Assembly: GCF_009834535.1 (NCBI RefSeq)
Contig: NC_045696.1
Location: 65,412,001 to 65,476,000 of the forward strand
Reading direction: 5' to 3'
DNA: 64,000 nt
Source: Camelus ferus
Taxonomy: Eukaryota
The position numbers were made by a program, and so were the translations under genes. Shown here one piece after another: positions 1 to 10,999 of the stretch (position 1 is its first letter; every line of letters begins with the position of its first letter). A model generated the notes under the pieces. The model saw nothing but the letters and a program-made list of their open reading frames with translations, was not told where the DNA came from and made no database searches.

Positions 1-1297
1 AGATATGACACCAACTCTACACAAAATTTTCCTTAATATAGAAGAGGATGAAACATTTCCCAATTACTTTTATGAGGCCAATATTACCCCGATTCCAAAA
101 CCAGCCTAGCATATTAAAGAAAAGGAAACTATAGGCAGAAATTCCTAACAAACCTGTAAACAGTAGCTATAATAAGATACTAGTAATCAAATAAAAGGAT
201 ATCTAGAAAGGATGATCATCATGAACAATTAGTGTTATCTAAGAAATCAAAGTTTAGGACAGCATTCAAAAAATCAAATTCACCATATTAACACACTAAA
301 AGAGAAACCCGTATGATCATCTCAATAGATACAGGAAAAGCATTTGTTAACATGCACTGTTCATTACTGATAAAACCTTTCAGCAAGCCAGGGATAGAAG
401 GAAACTGCCTCCAGGATAAAGAGTATTTATTAAAAACCTGCAACTAACACCATCCTTAGTGGTTAAGGACTGAACGCTTTCTCCCTAAAACTGGGAAAAA
501 TGCAAGAATGTATCTTCTCATCACTCTCGCTTGGCATCACACTTAAGGTCCTAGTCAGTGCAAGAGGCAAAAAAAAAAAAGGGGGGGGTAGTATATAGAT
601 TGGTAAGACAAAAACAAAACTATATTTATCCATAAATTATATTTTTTAAAACTTGAAGGAATTTCCAAAATAAGCTATTAGATCCAGCTCCAGTAGTTAA
701 TAGAATAAAAGTAAATATACTAAATTCTGTTGTCTTTCTAATAACTAGCATCAAAAATTAAATTTTAAATACTATTTACAATAGCATAAAAACCATAAAT
801 ACTTAAGGACAAATAAGTGTAAAATGTGTAAGATTTGTATACTGAAAGCTACAAAGCACTTGTTAAAACTCCAATTCTCTCCAAATTGATTTATACATCC
901 AAAATACAGTTGACCTTTGAATAATGCAGGAGTTAGGGGCGCCAACCCTCCACGCAGGCAAAAATCTGCATATAACGTTACAGTCTGTATCCATAGTTCT
1001 TCATCCATGGATTAAACCAACTCTGGATCACAGAACTATGTGTACTACTGTAGTAACATTTTTGGTGAAAAATACCTGTGTAAAGTGGACCCATGTAGTT
1101 CAAATCATGTTGTTTAAGTATCAACTGTAATCCACATCATAATCCCACTGGTTTTCTTTTGGTGGCAATTGATGAGATTGTTCTAAAATTTATGTGTAAA
1201 TGCTAATGATCTTGAATAGGCAAAATAATATTGAAGAACAGAGTTGGAAAACTCACATTGCTTGATGCAAAGATCTACTGTAGTCAAAACTACAGTC
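1..1297 (+). mobile_element. Old LINE-1 ORF2 (RT-region) fragment, decayed; interrupted by a Tigger-family element
   Basis: Typical L1 ORF2 sequence (tttatgaggccaatattaccccgattccaaaaccag; atgatcatctcaatagatacaggaaaagcattt; gaacgctttctccctaaaactggg). Many stops and indels. The L1 sequence resumes at 1130 after the DNA transposon. Confidence 0.85.
907..1127. mobile_element. Non-autonomous Tc1/mariner (Tigger2/MER8-like) DNA transposon
   Basis: Terminal inverted repeats cagttgacctttgaataa ... ttgtttaagtatcaactg, flanked by TA at 905-906 and 1128-1129. Confidence 0.85.
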
Positions 1298-1298
1298 A

Positions 1299-2069
1299 TC
1301 CAAATGCTGGAGAGGCTGTGGAGAAAAGGGAACCCTCCCACACTGCTGGTGGGAATGTAGCTTGGTGCAGCCACTGTGGAGAACAGTATGGAGATGCCTG
1401 AAAAGACTAGGAATAGACTTACCATATGAGCCAGGAATCCCGCTCCTGGGCATATATCCAGAAGGAACCCTACTTCAAAATAACACCTGCACCCAGTGTT
1501 CATAGCAGCAGTATTTACAATAGCCAAGACATGGAAACAGCCTAAATGTCCATCTACAGATGACTGGATAAAGAAGAAGTGTATATTTATACAATGGAAT
1601 ACTATTCAGCCATAAAAACTGACAACATAATGCCATTTGTAGCAACATGGATGCTCCTGGAGAATGTCATCCTAAGTGAAGTAAGCCAGAAAGAGAAAGA
1701 AAAATACCATATGAGATCACTCATATGTGGAATCTAAAACAAAACAAAACAAAACAAAGCATAAATACAAAACAGAAATAGACCCATAGACATAGAATAC
1801 AAACTTGTGGGTTGCCAAGGGGGTGGGGCGTGAGAAGGGATAGACTGGGACTTCAAAATTGTAGGACTAGATAAACAAGATTATATGGTATATAGCACAG
1901 GGAAATGCATACAAGATCTTATGGTAGCTCACTGAGAAAAAAATGTGACAATGAATATATATATGTTCATGCATAACTGAAAAATTGTGCTCTACACTGG
2001 ACACTTGACACAACACTGTAAAATGATTATAAATCAATAAAAAATGTTAAAAAAAAAAAAAAAAAAAAA
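1299..2069 (+). mobile_element. Young 5'-truncated LINE-1 (ORF2 C-terminus, 3'UTR, poly-A), camelid/artiodactyl type
   Basis: aaatgctggagaggctgtggagaaaagggaaccctc ORF2 end; ccatatgagatcactcatatgtggaatct; AATAAA near 2036; poly-A ending at 2069. Confidence 0.92.
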
Positions 2070-2377
2070 GGAAATCAGGAAACCAGAAGGGGAATCTCTC
2101 ACCATGCAAGGATAGCTAAATTCAACAGGAAGAAGAAAGACCTCTTCTTTCCTGGCAACAACTCAGCCAATGAAAAGCCATGGACTCTTTTCCACTGTAG
2201 CCCTCTCAACTTATTTTTCCCCTCTATAGTGGAGTTCTCCTTCCCTTCCTGTGCGGGGAAGGGTACTTTCATGTGGCTCACCTTGGTTGCAAACCCTAAG
2301 CTGCAGTTCTTTGCTGACCTCAAATAAACCCCCATTTGCTAGAGAAATAACTGGCAGTTTATTTATTTTAGGTCAAC
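2070..2377 (+). mobile_element. ERV class I LTR, 5' ~35 bp missing; same family as the 3' LTR at 42063-42425
   Basis: Shares motifs with 42095-42425: tcagga(a/g)accagaa, caatgaaaagccat(g/a)gactctt, tggctcacc(t/a)tggttgc, gcagtttattt(a/g)ttttaggtcaac. AATAAA near 2323. Confidence 0.85.
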
Positions 2378-3709
2378 CCTCAATACACATGACTTAAAAA
2401 AAAAAATGGTTTCAAGTTGTTATTTTCTTTCATCTGGTTGTCTGACCCTGGGAAATCTATTACTTAAAAAATGTCTCTGAACCTTACATTCCTTAAAAAT
2501 AAATGATGGTTTTAAATTTTGCTAAATAATCCATAATGTTCTTTCTGACTCATTGATTATGACAATTAAATTAACTGTTACTCAGAGAATAAGTCAGATT
2601 AATTCATTACATCTTACTTATTTTTAACTCATTGATTCAAGATTTTCATCCAAAGTTTCTACAATCCCTTTGTATTTTAAAGACATCTGTAAAATAAATA
2701 TCTTGAGGGTACATCCCTGATTGCTCAATTACTGGGAACAACTAGAATATGAAAAACTGATATTTTGAGTACTGGACTCAAAAACAAACAGACTTTTCTG
2801 TAACGATGTATTTTTTTCAGAGTTTCAATTGCATCAGTAGCATGAACAGAAACTGTCCAGAGCCTAAGTCTGTATCTTTATAGCTTTTAATTATTCCACA
2901 AAGGTATTTTGAGTGAGAAACTGTAGGTAAAGAAAACACACAAACTAGTCTTACTCTGCTCACTGGTAGCAGTGAACTCTTATTAACATATGGAGTTACA
3001 TTTCAGGTCTCATAAATGATTCAAAAGTTGACCATTGTCTACAAATACAAGTAAATAGCACTTTCAATACAATTTAGACTGATAACTGAGCACTAGCATA
3101 TTCCTCCTGAAGGTAATTTGCATTTTATGATTACTGATGGATTGAGATACAGCATTTTCTGTAAGCACAGCATCCCATCAAAGGTATTTTTAATGTTACA
3201 AAATCTATTTCAAAATCTATCTTTCAGCTAAAACAACTCTTTGTAATCAGGGATTGTGTGTTTCTCCCGTAACTTTTTGGCACATAGCACAGTGTCTGAC
3301 ACATAGTATACACTCAATTATATTGATGTTTAAATAATAAAAATCCTGCAAAGTATAAGCTTTTAATAATTATTAACCATTTATTAACTTTACTTTACAG
3401 ATCTCAAGCGTAAGGCAACAACTGTATTTAGGATTACAGAATAGCAATAACCTACATTTGTAGGTAACATAAAATATGCCTTTTCTGTATACTAGAGCTT
3501 CAGACAGGACTTTGATGTTTATTTGGATGAAGATAAAAATTTCTGAACTTTTAAGTAATTAAGCTTAATTACTTGTAAGATCTGAAACTTTGCCCTGATT
3601 TTCAATTGCTCTTGTGATAACTGTCTTGATTTCGGCGAGTAGCAAGCCTCTTTTCACCTGGCGGTACCAATTTCTAATCCTTGAATTAAACTTGGAGTAA
3701 AGTAGATAC

Positions 3710-4532
3710 TTTAGCATAATCATTCATCCAGTTTCCAAAGATACCAATCTGAAACTCACCTTTGCCCCCTCCCTCTCCAAATAATCATGCACTTCTTATT
3801 TTACTAGCAAAATATTTCTCAGATCTGTTTCCTCCTCTCAGTTCCTGTCACCACTCTCATTACCCTTCACACGCTTACTGCAAATGTTCTGAGAGCTTCC
3901 AAGCTTGTTCATTGCAAACCATTTTCCATACTCCTCCAGAATTTTCTATCTGTAATCAAAAATTTACCACCTGATTCTCCCACTGATTACGGCTCAGTGG
4001 CTTCAAATTACTTACAAGTTCAATTTTCTCTTTAATTTGCCTTGTAGGCTCTTCTCGGTCTGGCCCTGCCTACTGCTAGCTTTATTATTAGTTTCTCTCT
4101 GCTTTGACTAATACCCTCAGCACATGTGTTACATACAGCTCTTTCTGCAATTGTATCGCTTCCAGCTTCTCGGTCATTGCTCGTATTAGTCTTCTTCCCA
4201 GAACATCTTTCTCCTTTAAACCATAATCTAAGTTTCACTTATCGTTTAAGACTCTTCAAGAATTATTTTCTCCTAAATACTCTTCCTATCCATGATCACC
4301 AAATCTGAATGCGTTATTTGATTTCTATATTTCCGTAATACTCTATGCATATACCTGTCATTACACTTTCCACATTATAGTACAATAATTTTTTTTTCTC
4401 ACCCTCTATACTGGTGGCACCTGAAAGTTAGAGACATTATTTTGCTTTATATTCCCAGTACCTAGAAGAGTATTTGGCACAGTAACAGGTACTCAGTAAA
4501 TGCTTATTGAATGAATGAATGAATGAATGAAT
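3710..4532 (+). mobile_element. L2 LINE 3' fragment
   Basis: Pyrimidine-rich decayed L2 body ending in the canonical tail cctagaagagtatttggcacag...ctcagtaaatgcttatt(gaat)n. Confidence 0.75.
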
Positions 4533-6602
4533 GTTTTTAAAGCATCAGTCATCTGCTTGGGAAATCAGTTTGATTTATACCTTATTTTATGAATTCCTCT
4601 TAACTAGAACACATCAAAAGTGACATTTAGATATCTGGGACAATGCAAAGAATGCACTGACTTATAATTCTAATAGCCTTCTGTCACAACACAAGGCAGC
4701 AATTACATCTAAGTACATATGATAAAGCAGAAAAAGAACAATAAGCTATGTTTGGATAAGAAATCTTAAATGTTTATTTTTCAATATACTAGAGCATCAG
4801 TGAGAATTTAAATGCTTACTTTTAATAATTATTATTATTAAAAATAATTGACTTAAAATTAATTATCTGCTTAATTATCTAGAAGATCTTAAACTTTGGT
4901 TATAAATTGCTTTTATGATAAAATGTCTTAATTTTTGAAAGTAAATTTTTTTGTACAGCAAAAAAAAAAAAATGTGTAGAGAAATCCAGTATTAAATCTG
5001 ACCCTAGTTCAAAGGTTTTATATTACCCCCTTCCAAAATTGTGTTATTCAAGGTCAAATTGTTTCTAAAAAGAAAACTGCTGTACGCAATTTTTAAAGGT
5101 ACAAATTAGTCATAACACGTGCTGTGTTAATTACATCTAAAAATATTCCAAACGTTTTTTCTCTTAGCACTTAAACATCTGTTTCGGATCTGTAAATATT
5201 CTTTTAAATTCCACAATAAATTAAATGATGTTTTCCTTGCAAAGGGACTAGAATATGACAATAGGTTACTACGAAGATAACTAGTCATAAAAATACTAAT
5301 GTCAAAGCAGTCAACTGCTTTGGTATTGACCAGTGTTTTGGAATTCCTGTGTCCTTTTCTCCTCTTGCTATCAATGTATTTTCTTAAGCGGTCTATAAAT
5401 GAAAAATAAAGACTATCAATATAAAACAGTTATTTGAGATCTAATCCTAATATCAACAACCCAGAGACTGACCAAAATTCTTTCGTAGCACTAATGCCAG
5501 TGAGCAGGGCCTTTCAAAAAGTTATGTGGTATTAATGTAGCTATAGATATACCATTGTCTATATCCTTAATTTCTATTTATTGCAAAGTAATTTACTAAG
5601 ATACCATCTATAATATCAAAGCAATGAGTCATGTCACAGCCAATCATCACAACATATAATTTATTTATTCTTCAAACAGCTCCTCAGTATCTGCTATTGT
5701 TAGGCACTAAGCTAAGCAATGAAGAAACAGATGATTCACACGTGACCCCTGCCCTAGGAAACTCAGTCTTTGTAGACCAATAGGCAGCAGAAAGAATTTT
5801 GGAAGAGAACATTAATTTTAACTCATCCAATACAATGTAAGTATCCAGAGCAACTGAAATAATAAAAGTAACCATATAATAATACAAAACAATCATAAAA
5901 ATCTATACCACAACTTATTTCTAAAAAGTAAAAATATATCCAACACTAGTCATTAACCAAATATATAACCAGAATAATCAATGTTATAGTGTATCAGTTT
6001 GTTGGGTGTAAGCTTCCTGTTTCTGAGACTGGCATACGTCAAAGTCAGTGGAATAGGCACACTGGGTGGTTATTTGAGAAACTTCTGAAAAGGCCTCTGC
6101 TCTTTTTGAGATACTCAAGACCCTGAATTTCAGGCTTAAAGATATATTCCTCAGGGACAAACATTGTTTCCTTCAGGCAAACTCTTATGAACTATATACA
6201 CTTAATTTTTTCCTCAGTGTAGAATACAGAAGCAGGCCATAATCCCTAACAAAATAGTTTACCAGTAGGGAAGGGAGAAATAGACTCCTAGTTTCTTGTG
6301 TTATTATTACTGGATTTATTCTATCTTCTGAGGAAAGAACAGAATTTTCATACTATTTTCAGTTTCAGTCTGAAGAAACTGTTGACTTAGACCATTTATT
6401 AAAGCTCTGGTAGGAATTTTCAAGCTCTGGCTACTTCATATTTTGTGTTAATTTTGTCAGGAAGCTGGCATTGTGCATCTGATTTGTGTAAACTATATCA
6501 ATTTCTTCTTTTCTTGTATCCATATGGACATTTTCAGGAAAACTTTGGAAAAGCTCAAGTGGAGTTTAGTTGACAGAAATTATTTTGAACTGGAAATAAC
6601 TG

Positions 6603-6780
6603 ATTTGATGCAATTTTAAAAGGGATTATTTTTTCACTTTCATATTTCATTGTTAGTGTAAAGAAATGCAGCTGATTTCTGCATGTTAATCTTGTATCCT
6701 GCTACTTTGCCAGATTCTTTTATCAGCTCAAGTAGTTTTTGTGGGGGGGCCTTTAGGGTTTCTATATACAGCATCATGTC
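6603..6780 (-). mobile_element. LINE-1 ORF2 fragment (younger family)
   Basis: Antisense L1 ORF2: ttgttagtgtaaagaaatgcagctgatttctgcatgttaatcttgtatcctgctactttgc. Confidence 0.85.
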
Positions 6781-8350
6781 TTTGATTCTAAAATTTCTTT
6801 CACCAGTTTTGGAAAACTCTCAGTCATTATCTATTCAAGTATTGTTTCTGCACCATTTTTTACTCTCTCATTTACCAGTCTAGAATTTCCAATTACATGC
6901 ATTTTGACACTTATTTCATGTCCCATATGTATCTTATAGATAAAATCTTTTAGGAAAAATCATTTAGATTTTTCTATTTTTTTCTCTCTACCTGCATCAG
7001 TCTAGTTATTTTCTGTAACTCTATCCTTTAAATAAGTATTGTCCAAAAGAAATATAATTCCAGTCACATATGTAATTTTAAATTCTCTATTAGCTACATT
7101 TTAAAAAGCAAAAAAAGAAAGTTAAAATTAATTTTATTAATGTATTGTATTTAACCCCAAATAGTTTCATTTTAATAATAAATATAACAATATTAATGAG
7201 ATTTTTTCATTATTTTTGTGCAAAATCTTTGCAATCCAATGTGTACTTCCTGCTCATCTCAAATTGAAATAGCCATCTCAAATTGAAATAGCCACTTTCT
7301 AATGCTCAATAGTCAAATGTCTTTAGTGTCAACCATTTTGGGCAGCACTGTCTAGAATAGTTATCTACCCATTAAGATGTTCCAACTATTGTTCCAACAG
7401 TTGTATTTTTAAGTCTGTAATTTCCAATCAGTTCTTTTAAGAGCTTCCAGTTTTCTGGTAAAAGTTCTAAACATCTTTTCCTTGAACATATTAATCACAG
7501 TTGTTCTAAAATAGTTACCTGATAACTTCTACAGATCACCTGTAGATCTATTTCTTTTGTCCATTTTTATTACTTTAGTCCATTTCCTGAGTATGCCTGA
7601 GGAGTTTTTACTGAATTCCAGACAATATGTATGGAAATTGTGCAGGGTTACTCCACAGGCAAGTTCCGTTGCCCTCTGGCAGGTTGCTAGGACCACAACA
7701 TCTTTCCTCAATTCCATCACTTACTGGGCTGAAGTATTATTTCCAGTTTTTAAGATTCTGAACATCTTTGGTTTATCCTTCACTTTTAATGTGTAGTTTC
7801 CCAGAAATGTATGGGTGGGATTTTTATCATGATCCTCAACTTTGGGAGGGACAGAACTCCAGTTTTTGTCTCCTTGGCACTATAAGGCTCCCAAAAGTTC
7901 TTCTGAGTTCTCTATTTTCCTATGAATTTACTTCTTAATGGCCAGTACAGTTTATTCAAAAGCTTCAAATAAAAATATAGCTCAGAACTTTAGGCTTACT
8001 TCTACATACCTCTTTCTTTCCAAAGTCGTCACTCCTCAAGTTCTAGTTGCCAACATTAATTTCTGTCTCCAGTTTAAGAAAATCACTGACGTCTCTCCCA
8101 TTTCCTCAGTCCCTTAACAGGCCCCTTCTCTACAGCATTATAGTTTGTCACTACCTACAGTTTAAGGTGTAACCTGTGACAAGGAGACACTGGGCTCGCA
8201 TTAGCGAAATTCCCTTCTTCTAGGACATGGCCCTTGGAGCCCCGGATGCCTCCGAAATGCTCCAGTCTGTTCACACAACTATTGCTGATGTTGTTTTTCT
8301 ACTTGTTCTCAGTGTGAGTGTTGGTCTGCTACAACTTACTCTCTTACAGC
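6781..8350 (-). mobile_element. Old LINE-1 (L1M-type) ORF1/5' region, decayed
   Basis: Antisense ORF1-like text (ttggaaaactctcagtcattatct, ttgaacatattaatcacagttgttctaaa), split by the MER33-like element. Confidence 0.6.
7034..7350. mobile_element. hAT-Charlie non-autonomous DNA transposon (MER33-like)
   Basis: tgtccaaaagaaatataat...tatgtaattttaaattctctattagctacatt...aatgctcaatagtcaaatgt...ttgggcagcactg; about 320 bp. Confidence 0.75.
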
Positions 8351-8739
8351 TAGAAGGATATATTCCCAAATTATATATTTCACTTATTATTGATTCACAT
8401 ATTGAGAAGCACTAAAATTCCCAACATTACTGGGGATCTTTTCAATCCCAAGAGGATAAACTTTTTGCTGTTTTGGTAAATGTCTTATTATAATTTCTAA
8501 TATTATTTTATTATGTTAAGGGAATAGGACTGTTAAAAGTTCTACCTCAGGGAATTATCAAAGCATGAAGAAAGGAAGTATTTTCATCTTCATAGAAAGA
8601 AAAGAAACAAAGTTTTATTATGGTGGAAAAGTACATTTCAGATGTGGTCAGAGATCATGTGAGTTTCCACCAGATAGCTTTATTTTACAGGGAAAACAGG
8701 AAGTGAGAAAATTGTCTGAGAGTCACTGAGTTTTGGCAG

Positions 8740-9250
8740 TGCTTTAGTCATCTATTTCTCTGCAGCAAATCACCCAAAATTTAACAGCTTAAAACAATAT
8801 TTAATACTTGGAAGTTTCTCTGGGTTAGGAATCTGAGCATGACTTAGCCGAACCCTCCACTCAAGATTTGACAAGGTTGGCATCAAGATGTTAGCCTGGT
8901 TGTGTTCTCATTTTGAGGATTTCCTGGGGGAGAGTCTTATTCTAAACTCATTCAAATGGTTAGCCAAATTCATTTTACTGCATCTGTAGAACTCCTGGAT
9001 ACTTACTTCTTTAAGGCAATCAGGAAAATCTCATCTCTAGACTCTCTTTTAATGGCTCACCTGATTAGGTCAGGCTCCCTCAGTATTATTCTTTGATTAA
9101 CTTAAAGTTGACTGAGTATAGACTTTAGTTACATCTGGAAAAGTCCTTCATCTTGGCTATATCTTATTGGTTAGGTTACAGGTCTCACTCATACACAAAG
9201 GGATCGATTATATAAGATCAATGTGGGATCTTCTTTGTATTCTGACTACT
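8740..9250 (-). mobile_element. MaLR LTR (MLT1D/E-like)
   Basis: caaatcacccaaaatttaacagcttaaaacaa...ggttaggaatctgagcatgacttagc...ggctcacctgattaggtcaggc. Confidence 0.75.
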
Positions 9251-9409
9251 GAAGGCAGTATAGGAGTTTTAAGACAAGAGCAAAGATTTTAAATCAGCCA
9301 CTGTTAAGAGTGTTAGGGATGGTAAATTATTTAGCATGTTTTGGGGCATTGTTATAGGTTCATCTAAGAAAGGAGACCATACATTACAATGGCATTGAAA
9401 TTTAGGGTT

Positions 9410-9958
9410 TTTTTTTAATGGTGCAAATTCTTCCATCAAAAGATGGGTCCTATGCCCCTTTACTGGAATCTGGACAAAGTTATGACTCACTTGTAACCAA
9501 CAGAATTTGTCAGATGATACTGCGTGACTTCCACATCTAGGCCAGAGCAAATGGTGCAGATTTTGTTTTTTGGGTAGGGCACTCACTTTTGGAGTCGTGA
9601 TCTACTATGGAAGAAGTCCAACTTTTTTGCTTCCATGCTGTGAAGAATCTCAGGCTACGTGGAAGACCATAAACAGGTGCTCTGGCTGCGAATCCCAGCC
9701 GAGGTCCCGGTCAACAGCCAGAGTCAACCACCAGGCATGTAAGTCAAAGTGCCTCCATATGATTCCTTTGCCCAACAGTCAAATCCCTCAGCTGTCAAGT
9801 CTTTCCTGCAGAAGCCTTAGGTATTAAGGAACAGAGATGTGCTGTTCTCACTGTGCCCTGTCTGAAGGGCTGAGTCATAGAATTTATGAGTATAATAACA
9901 CAGTGGTATTAGGATTCTGAACTGTCATAATTTATTATGCAGCAATAGTAACTGTAAT
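9410..9958 (+). mobile_element. MaLR LTR (MLT1F/G-like)
   Basis: tgactcacttgtaaccaacagaat...tgacttcc...cagccagagtcaaccaccaggcatgt...ttattatgcagcaatagtaact terminus. Confidence 0.75.
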
Positions 9959-10229
9959 AAGCACTAATTTGAAGATGATGTGATTTCTTCATATTATGCA
10001 GGAGTCTTTATCTAATCAGTACTTAATTACTCAACGTGGATACTTGGCACATGTTTCGAGAAAAATCATGAAAATAGTTTTGATGAAAAAAAATCAGAAT
10101 TTTTCTGGATGCTTTATGTTTATTTTATGAGTTAAAATTGTGGGTTTTTTGCATTGCATATGGTGAAGTGTGAGGGGAAGCATAAGTATTTTAACTTTAG
10201 TGCCTGCAAAGGTCTTAATCCAATTTAGA

Positions 10230-10800
10230 ATATAGCAGGTAAGAAGACGACATATGGATGGATCTGGAGTAAATGTGTCACGGGTAAAAGTGATGTATGA
10301 ACAGTGAAGTTGAGGATTTGGGCAAACAAATGGTTGATATGATTATCACTGGAATTCAGGCTGAACAATGAGCCACTGACTTGGTCAAATGTGGCAGGGA
10401 CTAGGTGGTGGTAAGAAGGACAGGCAAAAGACAAGACTTGAAGGTCAAATGCCTTAAAGGAACAGGGGTTTTAAATGAGTTAAATAGCAATGGCCTAGAA
10501 ATACCACTGTGCTTGTAGGAAAATGAAGATACCACTTCCTCACCCTGGTTGCTATGGGGTGTGAGAGAAATGAGCACCATCTGTTTAAGACAGATGCAGT
10601 GGAAATAGTGTTCATAGAAGAGAGCATATTTTCAGTAAAGGGCAAGAAGTAGCAGAGTTGGTTACCAAAAACATAGGGCCCAGAGGATACAGCTGTAATG
10701 TTTGGAAGATTAAGAGAGTAGTGAGTGTTTGAGTCAAAGGAAAAGAAGCTTGTATATTATAATGATAATACAGCACAGAAGGAAAACCTGGTGCAGTATG
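10230..10800 (-). mobile_element. L2 internal fragment (continues the L2-like piece at ~8500-8735)
   Basis: Purine-rich decayed L2-type sequence. No intact frame. Confidence 0.45.
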
Positions 10801-10999
10801 ATGGGCTTAACTGATTAGACAGTTGCCAAAATAGTTAACATCAGAAAATTTCTGGTTACTGGATAAGGTTGAGGATTCTCAGGAAGCCATTCAGGGTCTG
10901 GAATTACTTGTAGTTTCGAGAATTCCTGAAATAACTGTGGAGAAATCACAAGGCAAATGTGGTGTCCAGGCTTTGATTACTTGTGGAAAGAGCATCTGC

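Noticed and set aside
1183..1527. 114-aa hydrophobic ORF (also 19183-19876 and 45976-46320 on -)
   Set aside because: Antisense translations of LINE-1 sequence, a common artefact.
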